Numbered from the stretch's first letter, positions 54,260-63,870 are shown. The stretch: 64,000 nt of DNA from Candidatus Saccharimonadota bacterium (GCA_016178135.1 JACOTW010000001.1:228-64227), one strand, 5' to 3'. Numbers and translations are program-made. The notes: generated by a model from the letters alone, not told the origin.

Positions 54260-55494
54260 TGGCTTGGAGTGATAGGGGCCGTCGTCAGCCCGCGGTTCTT
54301 TCGCGCGGTATGGTCAATCAACGCCGTCACAAACCTGATTATCAGATACTCTTACTAAGCTCAATACTGCTGTCTATTGGACTTATTGTCGTATATGCTA
54401 TTAGCCCTGGGCTGGCCTCTCAAAAACAAGTAAGTGATAACTACTATATCGGTAAACAAGTGATGGCCATTTTACTGGGTGTTGTGGCTTTTTTGATTAT
54501 GGCTAATGTTCCTGTCAGGACATGGCAACGCTTGCAGCGACCCTTAATAATAGTAGCTACAGCTATTACTATCATGGCTTTAGTGTTGCCGGCAAGTATT
54601 GATTATCCGGCACATCGTTGGATACGATTCGCTGGATTCTCTCTACAGTCTGTAGAGTTTATTAAATTTACGCTTTTAATTTGTTTGGCGAGCTTTTTGT
54701 CTAATAAGGCTCAAAACGGACAAATGGCTGATAAAAATACCATGAAACCTTTGCTTGTAGTTCTAGGGTTACTGGGAGCAGTGGTGGGACTAGCGCAGAA
54801 AGATTTTGGGTCAGCTGCCGTAATAGTTGCTATTGTAGCAACTATGAGTTTTATAGCTGGACTTCCAATCAAGCGCGTATTACTTACGGCCGTATTGATA
54901 GTTGTCGCTTCAATGTTACTAATTTTGCCGTTTTCTTATCGGAGAGACAGAGTCCTAAATTTCATACACCCTGAACAAAATTGCCTGACTAGCGGTTATC
55001 AGGCTTGTCAGGCATTGATAGCGGTTGGTTCCGGGGGTTTATTCGGTAAAGGCCTAGCTCATAGTGTTCAGGCTTATGGCTATCTGCCAGAGGCAGCCAA
55101 CGACTCTATTTTTGCTATCTTTGCCGAAAAATTTGGTTTTGTAGGGGTAACAATCTTGATAGTATTTTTTATGGCACTTTTTACCAGGCTCAAGAATATT
55201 ATGGAGCGCACCTCTGATACGTTCAGTCGTTTAATAGTTACTGGAATTATGGCATGGATAAGCGTACAGGTAATTATTAACATTGGGGCGATGATGGGAC
55301 TTTTACCGCTAAAAGGCATTACATTACCCTTTGTTAGTTATGGTGGCACAAGTGTTCTTTTTGTAATGGCGGTTATTGGCCTGGCATTTAATATTTCACG
55401 CTACACGAACTACACGTCCTTATCTGAAGTATCGCCATCACGCAAAAAAGAAACAGGCTACGCGCTTAATTACTCTACCAGGAGACCATCATGA
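54259..55494 (+). CDS. ftsW: SEDS-family peptidoglycan glycosyltransferase FtsW
   Basis: A 10-TM SEDS pattern (PEAANDSIFA, LPLKGITLPFVSYGGTS). Its start overlaps the mraY stop (TAATG). Confidence 0.9.
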   Translation: MAWSDRGRRQPAVLSRGMVNQRRHKPDYQILLLSSILLSIGLIVVYAISPGLASQKQVSDNYYIGKQVMAILLGVVAFLIMANVPVRTWQRLQRPLIIVATAITIMALVLPASIDYPAHRWIRFAGFSLQSVEFIKFTLLICLASFLSNKAQNGQMADKNTMKPLLVVLGLLGAVVGLAQKDFGSAAVIVAIVATMSFIAGLPIKRVLLTAVLIVVASMLLILPFSYRRDRVLNFIHPEQNCLTSGYQACQALIAVGSGGLFGKGLAHSVQAYGYLPEAANDSIFAIFAEKFGFVGVTILIVFFMALFTRLKNIMERTSDTFSRLIVTGIMAWISVQVIINIGAMMGLLPLKGITLPFVSYGGTSVLFVMAVIGLAFNISRYTNYTSLSEVSPSRKKETGYALNYSTRRPS

Positions 55495-56678
55495 CAATAT
55501 TGCTCACTGGTGGTGGATCGGGTGGTCATATTACGCCAATTCTGGCCGTTGCTGAAGAGCTTAAAGCCATCAAGCCCGACTGCAAGATTGTGTATATTGG
55601 AGAGCGTAGTGGTAAATTTGCATCCTTAACGAAGGAACATACTGCGATCGATGAGATATATACGATTTTTGCTGGTAAGTTTCGTCGATATCACGGTCAG
55701 TCATGGATTGATCGATTATTTGACGTAAAAACCAACGCATTAAACATGCGCGATGCTATCTATGTTGTTCTTGGCTTGGTTCAGAGTCTTCGATTACTTA
55801 GGCAGATAAAACCCAACGTCATTTTACTTAAAGGCGGCTTCGTAGGGGTACCAATAGGCTTAGCTGCTGCATGTGGACGCAGACCCTTTATGACACACGA
55901 TTCAGATGCTCTGCCTGGACTTGCTAATCGTTTGGTAAGTCGATGGGCAAGCTTACATGCTACAGCCCTATCGGCAGAATATTATCCTTATACTGTGACA
56001 AAAATTCGCCCAGTTGGTGTTCTGGTTGAGCCTAATTATCAGCCCGTTACGCCAGAGTTGCAGAAGCAATACAAACACGCGCTAGGTATACCAGAAGATG
56101 CCCCGATGCTTTTGATTACGGGTGGCAGTTCGGGGGCGGAGCGAATCAATCAAGCAATAACGAAGCTAATAGACAGCTTGCTTTCTGAACAGTCTAAACT
56201 TTACGTTTTTCATCAGGTAGGGAAGGGTAAAATGAGTGTATACAGCAATTATACTCATGAGCGTCTACGCGTAGTTGAGTTTCTAAAGCCAATGTATCAA
56301 TATATGGGTGCGGCTGACTTGGTAGTTTGCCGAGCAAGTGGCAATACACTGGCTGAACTGGGCATACAGGGCAAGGCAGTGATCGCCATACCGAACCCCG
56401 ATCTTACGGGCGGACATCAGCTTAAAAATGCGCAGCGACTGCAAGAACAACAAGCCGCAGTCGTTATTTATGAAAAAGAGTTGAATAATTCACAACAACA
56501 TCTATTTGATGCTATTGTTGAGTTACTTGGCGATCGGAGCGCTCGCAAGAAGCTTGGATTAACATTGCAATCAATCACTAAAAAGGGTGCCGCTAAAAAG
56601 CTGGCTTTGCTATTATTAGAGATAGCAAACAAAAAACAAGATGTTCAAACACAAGACTTCACAACAACCGCGTCGTAA
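55491..56678 (+). CDS. murG: Lipid II synthase MurG
   Basis: N-terminal GGGSGGHITP and the C-terminal GT28 domain. Confidence 0.9.
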   Translation: MTILLTGGGSGGHITPILAVAEELKAIKPDCKIVYIGERSGKFASLTKEHTAIDEIYTIFAGKFRRYHGQSWIDRLFDVKTNALNMRDAIYVVLGLVQSLRLLRQIKPNVILLKGGFVGVPIGLAAACGRRPFMTHDSDALPGLANRLVSRWASLHATALSAEYYPYTVTKIRPVGVLVEPNYQPVTPELQKQYKHALGIPEDAPMLLITGGSSGAERINQAITKLIDSLLSEQSKLYVFHQVGKGKMSVYSNYTHERLRVVEFLKPMYQYMGAADLVVCRASGNTLAELGIQGKAVIAIPNPDLTGGHQLKNAQRLQEQQAAVVIYEKELNNSQQHLFDAIVELLGDRSARKKLGLTLQSITKKGAAKKLALLLLEIANKKQDVQTQDFTTTAS

Positions 56679-57537
56679 GCCTGTTGAAGGCCAATCTGCC
56701 AGTGCGTTTACATATTATGCTAGTCGTTCTCGTACGGAAGTACCTACTGGCCGACAGGTCGGACAGTCTATCAACCCAAAAAAACACCAATGGTGGCATC
56801 ATCTACCTACTTTTTTGGCTGCTTTGATTATGATTGTTTGTGCTGGCTATGTATTGACCCTTAATACGAGTCCGCGAGTGGTCTTGTTCTCTGACGCGGA
56901 TGGACGGTATTTGCTTAGGAGTCTCAACACCTATCAAAAAGCCACGAATCAAATTATCAAAAAATCAATATTTAATCGTACAAAACTTACCATTAACACT
57001 AATCGGCTTGCAAAGGAGTTAAAAAATCAATTTCCAGAACTGGGCGAAGTATCTGTAACTATTCCGTTAACTGCCAGACGGCTTGTTTTGGAAATCGAAC
57101 CAACTAGACCTGCCTTAAATCTTAATACTAAGAATGGTGTTTTTGTAATTGATCAGACTGGCAGGGCAGTCATTGGACTAATGGATGTGCCAAAAAAGAG
57201 TAATTTGTCAGTCCAGACCGTAAATGATGACAGTGGTTTAAAAATTGAGGTCGGAGACGTTGCTTTATCGGCTAAAACAGTCAGATTCATCCAAGAGGTT
57301 GCAGTTCAGCTACAGGATAAGAAGCTAACCGTATCATCTATGACGCTACCGGTCATTGCCAATGAGTTGCACGTTCGCATAGGCACTCAACCGTATTTTA
57401 TAAAGTTTAATCTTGAGGCACCACCAAGAGGGCAGGCGGGTACTTATTTAGCAGTCAAGCAACGACTCGAAGCTGATGGTATAATTCCGGCCGAATATAT
57501 TGATGTTCGCATCGAAGAGCGAGCCTATTATAGATAG
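56641..57537 (+). CDS. ftsQ: FtsQ/DivIB-like division protein
   Basis: A single TM helix followed by POTRA-like and beta domains. Its position after murG fits FtsQ. Confidence 0.6.
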   Translation: MFKHKTSQQPRRKPVEGQSASAFTYYASRSRTEVPTGRQVGQSINPKKHQWWHHLPTFLAALIMIVCAGYVLTLNTSPRVVLFSDADGRYLLRSLNTYQKATNQIIKKSIFNRTKLTINTNRLAKELKNQFPELGEVSVTIPLTARRLVLEIEPTRPALNLNTKNGVFVIDQTGRAVIGLMDVPKKSNLSVQTVNDDSGLKIEVGDVALSAKTVRFIQEVAVQLQDKKLTVSSMTLPVIANELHVRIGTQPYFIKFNLEAPPRGQAGTYLAVKQRLEADGIIPAEYIDVRIEERAYYR

Positions 57538-58147
57538 GACTCTCCTATCACTCTCTCCATGTTCGTATTTTGTACGGGTACGCTAAACCCCTAATATTTT
57601 GCAAAAAAACTATACAAACATACAAAAAAGGGCAAAAGTCAAAAAAGGTATAGTAGAGGCTGCAGGGCAGGATATATACAAATAATATAAAATGCTCAAA
57701 AAAGCAAATGTTTTCACGGTTAAGTTGTGGAAAAGTCAAGCGCGCCGAATATCACAACGACAAGCACAATACTTTGGTCTGGGGATGAGAGAGCTTTGTA
57801 TAAGTTCAGTAGAAAACCGCAAGCATAACGACAGTGTAGGATTCGTAATTTTCATGACCAACGGTTCAATAGTCCCCTACAGAAGATGTATAGGCGCCAC
57901 TCTTTAATCGTCCATGATAATATATAGCGAGTCGTAAAATATACATTGTACGACATCTAATGCGTGTCTGCGTTTGATGCCCTGCCGCCATGCTTATGTC
58001 TGGGTTTTTTGTAGATTATTAGTTGCAAACTTTAAATATTGGCTTGCTTACCCTACTAGCCAGGTCAAATGACTTGAATTTTCAAGTTTAGCTGTAACCA
58101 GCTGTTTGTTCCATGGCTGGTTATCTAATGTTCGTATTTTGTACAGT

Positions 58148-59188
58148 TTAGGCTTCAGCAAGAGCGTATGTGGCTTTGGCGACGCGCTTGAATTGGGGTT
58201 TGCCCTGCAAGTTCAGTAGAATTGTGGTTTCTTTAACGTGGCGGCTTTTTAGGACCTGCTTAACGATTTCATCGCGGTGCAAAGGCTTGTTGGCGTTTTT
58301 TAGGACTTCTACAATAACATCAGACACGGTTCCTTTATCGTATCCCCATTCTTTTAGAGCGTATATACCGCGACCAATCAGCACAAATCGCTTGTCTTTG
58401 ATAAGTTCATTATGGATAGCTTGAGTGGTGACATCTTTGCGCTTAAAACTAGAATCTTTTATGGCCTCGGCAATTTCGTTGAAATGCATGTGTTTTCCTT
58501 GCTCGTGCAAAATGACATAAATTTTATCACGAATATTTTTTGGATTGACCATAGGCCATTTTATGAGTCCCCAGCGTTTGTTGAGATTAGCCAGATGTTT
58601 TGATGTGCTAGCTAGCGCTGCTGTATGTTCAGTATCATTATGGCCAACGGCTTCTGCTACTTTCTCTATGTAAGCCGGTTCTCCGAGTTTTTCTATAGCG
58701 GCGATAATTTTATCTACCATATCTTTAATACTTTTTTCACCGTTATTTTTATTAATGGAAATTGCCTGATGATAGTGATCATTATCCTCAATAACCACTA
58801 GGTCGGGGCAAAGTTGAGCGAGAAAAGATATCCTAGATTGTACTAAACGGTTGTTTTCGGTAGATAAATGACTAGCCAAGTTTGTTACTCGAGCCACTTT
58901 TCCCATTTTTTCAATTTCTTTAATAAATAACTCTTGTACCTCTGTAATGTGAGGGATATTCCCTTGTTCTGCTTGGGCTTTCAGTTTTGTTATAACTGCT
59001 TTTTCGAGCTGGCGGACACGTTCACGGGTGATGCCTAAGAGCTCCCCTATTTGCTCGAGGGTTTCCTTGCGATCAAACAGACCAAAGCGACGTGAAATAA
59101 TTTCCCGTTCCCGTTCCTGGTCGATGGTATTTAATACGTCGGTTACAACCTTTGTAATGTTGAGGTTTGTAGTGTTATCTGTAGTCAT
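58148..59188 (-). CDS. DNA-binding protein with sigma-70 region-4 HTH plus two HARE-HTH-like domains
   Basis: REREIISRRFGLFDRKETLEQIGELLGITRERVRQLEKAV is sigma region 4. The C-terminal FVLIGRGIYALKEWGY and PLHRDEIVKQVL patterns fit HARE-HTH. Confidence 0.6.
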   Translation of the reverse strand: MTTDNTTNLNITKVVTDVLNTIDQEREREIISRRFGLFDRKETLEQIGELLGITRERVRQLEKAVITKLKAQAEQGNIPHITEVQELFIKEIEKMGKVARVTNLASHLSTENNRLVQSRISFLAQLCPDLVVIEDNDHYHQAISINKNNGEKSIKDMVDKIIAAIEKLGEPAYIEKVAEAVGHNDTEHTAALASTSKHLANLNKRWGLIKWPMVNPKNIRDKIYVILHEQGKHMHFNEIAEAIKDSSFKRKDVTTQAIHNELIKDKRFVLIGRGIYALKEWGYDKGTVSDVIVEVLKNANKPLHRDEIVKQVLKSRHVKETTILLNLQGKPQFKRVAKATYALAEA

Positions 59189-59381
59189 AATATTTTACTT
59201 TCCTATCTGTTAGTACAGAAGGATTTGTATTATTGTATAACAATAATTTTTAAAAGTCAATCCCTCTTTCAATCTATCGAATGTATGTATTGTAGCATGA
59301 AATAGACATTAATACCCCTAAATGCGATGGTAATATTACTACAAAACACCCTTGCTATGAGGGCAAATTGTGGAAAACCCT

Positions 59382-61670
59382 TTATTTTTTTGTGCGACGA
59401 ACGAAACGTTTTTTGCTTTTTGAGGGAGCTTTTTCTAGCATGGTTTTGGCCTCTGCCTCTGTTAATTTGGTAGGGTCTATGGTTTTATCCAGACGAGCAT
59501 TTTTTTTGCCGTCTGTTATGTAGGGACCGTAAGGACCGTTTACTATATTGATGCCACTCGTAAACCGTTGTATGTACTTATTGGCTTCTTGTTGGAGTTT
59601 TTCATCGTATAATTCCAGAGCTTCTTCCAGCGAGATTTTCATCGGATTATGAGGCTTAATTGATATAAATAGTTTATCGATTACAATATATGGGCCAAAT
59701 CTACCGATGTTGGCTTTTATATCTTTGCCGTCTTTAGTCTGTCCTACTAGCCTAGGTAACTTAAACATTTCGAGTGCTTGCTCAAGAGTAACGTCTTCAA
59801 TAGTCGCGCCATCTGGCATTGCGGCGAAGTCTGGTTTTTCTTCTGATTCGGTTTCGCCACGTTGTAGCATAGGACCATAGCGACCATAACGCGCCATAAT
59901 TGGTTTTTTGGAAGAAGGGTCGTTGCCTAGATGGCGGGTTTGGGTGCTTTCTTCTCTGGAGACATTTTCAGATTCTTTTACCAAAGGATGAAAATCATTA
60001 TAAAATTTTTTGATCATTCCTTGCCACTGTATTGTGCCTTCAGCGATTTCATCAAAACTTCTCTCCACGGTGGCAGTAAAATCATAATCGATCACGCCAC
60101 CAAAGTTTTTAACTAAAAAGTCTGTGGTAACATCTGCCAGGGGTGTAGGTATAAGCTTGCCTTTGTCGGCACCAAAATTTTGGGTCTCTTGGCTAGATTT
60201 AATTGTTTGATCTGTAGTGCGTAAGTCCAGAACGGTGATTTTGCGTTGTTCGCCCTCTAAATCAGCACGCTCAACATAACCACGAGCCTGAATGGTAGAT
60301 ATTGTTGGAGCATAAGTGCTAGGGCGTCCAATACCGAGTTCTTCGAGTTTACGAACTAAGCTGGCTTCAGAATAACGAGCTGGCGGCTTGTTGAAGGTTT
60401 CTGTGGCTTGAATTAGGTCATATGTGAGTTCTTGACCACTCTGTAGATTAGGCAAGATTACATCATCTTTTCCGCCACCGTATACTTTTAGAAAGCCGTC
60501 AAATCTTAATACTTCACCCTTGGCTTCAAATGTTTCCTGGCGATTGGAGATGTTGATAATAACATCCGTTCGATCTAATTCTGCGGCTGCCATTTGACTA
60601 GCCAAAGCCCGACGCCAAATAAGAGCATAGAGCTTTTTTTGTTGATCATCGGAGCCAGCTGATTGTTGGCTAAAATTAGTTGGTCGAATTGCTTCATGTG
60701 CTTCCTGGGCACTACTGTTTTTTGTTTTGTATTGGCGTATTTTATGGTATTTTGGACCATATTCTTTTTGAATAAAGTCTTCGGCAGCCTTAATGGCCTG
60801 ACCGCTCAAAATAGTACTGTCGGTACGCATATAAGTGATGTTACCGCTTTCATAAAGTTTTTGGGCAAGAGTCATGGTTTGTTTGACGCTAAAGCCAAGT
60901 TTACGTGATGCTTCTTGCTGTAAGGTGCTGGTTGTAAATGGCGCTGACGGGTTACGTATTCCTGGTTTTTGGTCGATACTTGCTATTTTGAATATAGCTA
61001 TTTTGCAGTCTTCAAGGAATTTTTCAGCCTCTTTTAAGTTGTCCATGCGTTTAGAAAGTTCTGCCGATAGGCTACCTGCTATAAATTGGGCCGTAATTTT
61101 GTAGTTTGATTTACTGGCGTGGTTTTTGATTTGACGTTCACGTTCAACGATTAAGCGTACGGCAACTGATTGTACGCGACCGGCACTTAGACCAGGACGA
61201 ACCTTTTTCCATAGGACGGGGCTTAGTTCGTATCCCACCAAGCGATCTAGAATACGACGGGCTTGCTGGGCATCAACTAGTTTTATATCGACTGTTCGCG
61301 GTTTTTTAATAGCTGTTTCGATGGCTGTTTTGGTGATCTCATGAAAAACAATACGTTTGGTTTGCTCGGGCTTAATACCAAGAGCGCTACAAAGATGCCA
61401 AGCAATGGCTTCTCCTTCGCGGTCTTCATCGGATGCTAACCAGACTTCTTTGTCCTTGGCGGCGGTCTTTAGTTCTCGCACAACTTTCTTTTTATCGGCG
61501 AGAATGTCATAGGTCGGAGCAAAGTTATTTTCTACATCAATGTTAAGGCCTTTTTTTGGTAAATCTCTAATATGACCAAAACTGCTTTTGACCATAAAAT
61601 CTTTACCCAGATATTTTTGTATAGTCTTGGCCTTAGCCGGAGACTCAACAATAACTAAATTTTTCGTCAT
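59382..61670 (-). CDS. topA: DNA topoisomerase I
   Basis: A TOPRIM N-terminus (LVIVESPAKAKTI), the active-site region and a Lys-rich tail. TATACT lies 8 nt upstream of the ATG on the minus strand. Confidence 0.97.
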   Translation of the reverse strand: MTKNLVIVESPAKAKTIQKYLGKDFMVKSSFGHIRDLPKKGLNIDVENNFAPTYDILADKKKVVRELKTAAKDKEVWLASDEDREGEAIAWHLCSALGIKPEQTKRIVFHEITKTAIETAIKKPRTVDIKLVDAQQARRILDRLVGYELSPVLWKKVRPGLSAGRVQSVAVRLIVERERQIKNHASKSNYKITAQFIAGSLSAELSKRMDNLKEAEKFLEDCKIAIFKIASIDQKPGIRNPSAPFTTSTLQQEASRKLGFSVKQTMTLAQKLYESGNITYMRTDSTILSGQAIKAAEDFIQKEYGPKYHKIRQYKTKNSSAQEAHEAIRPTNFSQQSAGSDDQQKKLYALIWRRALASQMAAAELDRTDVIINISNRQETFEAKGEVLRFDGFLKVYGGGKDDVILPNLQSGQELTYDLIQATETFNKPPARYSEASLVRKLEELGIGRPSTYAPTISTIQARGYVERADLEGEQRKITVLDLRTTDQTIKSSQETQNFGADKGKLIPTPLADVTTDFLVKNFGGVIDYDFTATVERSFDEIAEGTIQWQGMIKKFYNDFHPLVKESENVSREESTQTRHLGNDPSSKKPIMARYGRYGPMLQRGETESEEKPDFAAMPDGATIEDVTLEQALEMFKLPRLVGQTKDGKDIKANIGRFGPYIVIDKLFISIKPHNPMKISLEEALELYDEKLQQEANKYIQRFTSGINIVNGPYGPYITDGKKNARLDKTIDPTKLTEAEAKTMLEKAPSKSKKRFVRRTKK

Positions 61671-61691
61671 ATCGCCTAAGTATACACTCTA

Positions 61692-61736
61692 CTGGACTTA
61701 CGCAAAATCACTCGTTTCCAGACCGAATCAGCTTCA
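61692..61736 (-). repeat. PE-A fragment (reverse orientation, truncated)
   Basis: CTGGACTTACGCAAAATCACTCGTTTCCAGACCGAATCAGCTTC. Confidence 0.65.
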
Positions 61737-61738
61737 GT

Positions 61739-61909
61739 CTAGTCACTGACTATCTTATAGCCAACCCAAATACCGGCAATAGCACCTATAGTACCTAGTA
61801 ATATTCCCCAAAGACCAAAAAAATTACCGTGATCCAGTAAGCTTCCCAGCCAGCTACCAACGCTGGAGCCAACAAAAACCCCCAGATAGATCATAAATTT
61901 ATCGCTCAT
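61739..61909 (-). CDS. Small two-helix membrane protein
   Basis: MSDKFMIYLGVFVGSSVGSWLGSLL...GILLGTIGAIAGIWVGY. On the minus strand GTCCAGTATACT is followed by 7 nt and then the ATG at 61909. Confidence 0.45.
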   Translation of the reverse strand: MSDKFMIYLGVFVGSSVGSWLGSLLDHGNFFGLWGILLGTIGAIAGIWVGYKIVSD

Positions 61910-61973
61910 AACCATAAGTATACTGGACCTATAGTAAAATCCCTTGAGAGTATACAACACAGTTCGAACTAGA

Positions 61974-62295
61974 CTGGACCTGTCGCAAAGCTCCCCCATC
62001 CCCAGACCAATTCATCTTGGCTGGTAGCGGTCTGTCTTCTGTCGATGTAGCTATGGCTACCTCTCCTTCAGCCAAACCACTCCCAACTCGAGCTGATTAA
62101 CTGGACTTACCCAAAACTCCTCCATCCCCAGATCGAATTCTATCGGCTACAAACGGTTTTTCTTCTCTCAATGTAGCTATGGCTACCTCTCCTTCAGACA
62201 AAACAGTTTTCGCTCGAGATAATTCACTCTGGGAACGGACGATTTTGGGTAAGTCCAGTTTAGCCTGGGAACGGGCGATTTTGCGACAGGTCCAG
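61974..62295 (+). mobile_element. PE-A (gamma subtype) host copy interrupted by a second PE-A
   Basis: The left part ends ...ACTCGAGCTGATTAA and the right part resumes TTTAGCCTGGGAACGGGCGATTTTGCGACAGGTCCAG. It is colinear with the uninterrupted copy at 13036-13366. Confidence 0.85.
62101..62258 (+). mobile_element. PE-A (beta subtype) nested inside PE-A
   Basis: TIRs CTGGACTTACCCAAAA/TTTTGGGTAAGTCCAG (a compensated G/C change in both TIRs) with flanks TTAA/TTTA. Confidence 0.85.
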
Positions 62296-62473
62296 TATAA
62301 AGACCTCTTGTTTGCGACGTCAGGTGCCAACCAGAGCATGTCGTACAGCGATAAACGCGGATCGGTTTTTTTAATCTTCTCAAGGGGTTAATTTTTTTTA
62401 GAGTTGCTTGAGCGGCCACATCGCTAGTGAAGCGTACTTTCTGTTTGCAGACATTTCTAGAGTTATTATTCAT
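62183..62473 (-). CDS. Small CxxC (zinc-ribbon-like) protein whose C-terminal ~37 codons and stop come from PE-A
   Basis: The native part is MNNNSRNVCKQKVRFTSDVAAQATLKKINPLRRLKKPIRVYRCTTCSGWHLTSQ. The ORF enters PE-A at 62295 and runs on to 62183. Confidence 0.4.
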   Translation of the reverse strand: MNNNSRNVCKQKVRFTSDVAAQATLKKINPLRRLKKPIRVYRCTTCSGWHLTSQTRGLYTGPVAKSPVPRLNWTYPKSSVPRVNYLERKLFCLKER

Positions 62474-62475
62474 AA

Positions 62476-63351
62476 TTAGCGTAATTGCCAGTGACCGGCC
62501 CCAAGTGGCATAATTTTGCCAGTTATTTCTAGCATGGTTAGTGTTTGATTGAAAATGACGATGTTTAAAGCACTCAAAGCAAGAATTTCGTTACTATCGG
62601 TGATCCCCTGCTTCATGAGATCCAAAATAACCGATTCTTCTTTATTGGCGGCAAATAATTCGGTAGATAGAGGTGATATATCGATATCTAGAGCGTGCAT
62701 AATATCACGAAATTCAGTTACTGGAATGGCTCCAGACTTGATTAGATTATTGGTGCCAGCACTAAGTGGACTGGTGATATTACCTGGTACAGCCATTACC
62801 GACTTCCCTTGTTCAAGTGCAAAGTTTGCGGTGTGCAGGGTGCCACTTTTGACCGCGGCTTCAGTTATGAGTACGCCATCAGATAGTCCGGATACTAATC
62901 GATTCCTTGTGATGAATGAAAATCTTAATGGCGGTGATCCAGCTGAATGTTCGCTGATCAATACTCCCCCACTTTTTAATATACGCTTAGCAAGCTGAAC
63001 GTGGTTCTTAGGGTAAATTTCCGTAACGTGAGATGGCAGAACCGCAATGGTTATGCCATCTGCGTCCAGGGTAGCTTGGTGAGCAAGTGCGTCAACGCCA
63101 AAAGCCAGCCCACTGATAACTACTACTCCCCTACTCGCCACTTCATATACCAACTGGTTGGTGATTTGTTTACCGTACGGTGATACTTTGCGACTGCCAA
63201 CAACGGCTAGCCGTGGCATTTTCAGCAACGGAGCTAAGTCGCCCAGAACATACAGCTCTGATGGCGGACTGGGAATTGTTCGCAATATTTCAGGGAAATT
63301 ACTCTGGTTGTATCTAATTTTTTTGACTATCATGCTAAAAAGTATTGACAT
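62476..63351 (-). CDS. dprA: DNA processing protein DprA
   Basis: A Rossmann-like DprA core (VVGSRKVSPYG, ISGLAFGVDA, TEAAVKSGTLHTA). The start may instead be 63333. Confidence 0.9.
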   Translation of the reverse strand: MSILFSMIVKKIRYNQSNFPEILRTIPSPPSELYVLGDLAPLLKMPRLAVVGSRKVSPYGKQITNQLVYEVASRGVVVISGLAFGVDALAHQATLDADGITIAVLPSHVTEIYPKNHVQLAKRILKSGGVLISEHSAGSPPLRFSFITRNRLVSGLSDGVLITEAAVKSGTLHTANFALEQGKSVMAVPGNITSPLSAGTNNLIKSGAIPVTEFRDIMHALDIDISPLSTELFAANKEESVILDLMKQGITDSNEILALSALNIVIFNQTLTMLEITGKIMPLGAGHWQLR

Positions 63352-63421
63352 TTATAATAATTTTGCTAAAATGGCAATTTGTAAGTTCCGCATAAGCGGA
63401 TTTACGTACCTTACACCCTAT

Positions 63422-63439
63422 TCTAACAAATTTGTTAGA
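63422..63439. promoter_or_regulatory. Perfect 18-bp palindrome TCTAACAAATTTGTTAGA upstream of dprA
   Basis: Read directly from the sequence. Operator-like dyad about 70-90 bp upstream of the dprA start. Confidence 0.35.
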
Positions 63440-63562
63440 TTGTTTTAGAGCTAGAACCTATCTTATGGACTATATTAAAATGATCTGTCAGATAGGTTCT
63501 GTGGATAAAGTTGTTACCCTCCACTTTTTCTTTTTCGCCATAAGGCGGAGGCTCTAAAACAA
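63440..63562. repeat. 123-bp nested inverted-repeat unit (outer 12-bp IR, inner 11-bp IR) containing a perfect DnaA box
   Basis: The outer IR is TTGTTTTAGAGC...GCTCTAAAACAA and the inner IR is AGAACCTATCT...AGATAGGTTCT. TGTGGATAA lies at 63500-63508. Confidence 0.5.
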
Positions 63563-63594
63563 ACTAATCCCTTTAACTAATTCTCTTGTCTATT

Positions 63595-63643
63595 TCATGA
63601 GTTTCGCACTTTTCCATCAACGGCTAAATGTGAAACTCATGTA
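63595..63643 (+). mobile_element. PE-B miniature copy
   Basis: TCATGAGTTTCGCACTTTTCCATCAACGGCTAAATGTGAAACTCATGTA. Confidence 0.6.
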
Positions 63644-63831
63644 TTTTTAGATAAGAGTCCCGAATCAAGGCGAGTTTCCACGATTCCACCTGTCAATTGA
63701 CAAGTGGAGGCACATGTCTTTATGGAGTTTTGGACTATGATGCTTCGCCCCGGGTGGGTTGAAGGGTGTTTCTCTGGCGCGTCCATTTTTTTACGAAATT
63801 CGTAGCAAAAATGGAGGTGCCAAAAAATCGG

Positions 63832-63870
63832 CCTACAGCGGTGCCCACCCCCTCTGTAGGTCGTTTTTTT
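63832..63870 (+). terminator. Rho-independent terminator (usable in both directions)
   Basis: (CGG)CCTACAG-15 nt loop-CTGTAGG(TCG) followed by T7. An A6 run on the 5' side gives a U-run on the opposite strand. Confidence 0.65.

Noticed and set aside
63441-63455. GTTTTAGAGCTAGAA resembles the start of the Streptococcus pyogenes type II-A CRISPR repeat / sgRNA scaffold.
   Set aside because: It is a single occurrence that forms one arm of a local inverted repeat (partner GCTCTAAAAC at 63551). There is no repeat-spacer periodicity, no tracrRNA-like partner context and no cas9. The ~12-nt match is treated as coincidence.
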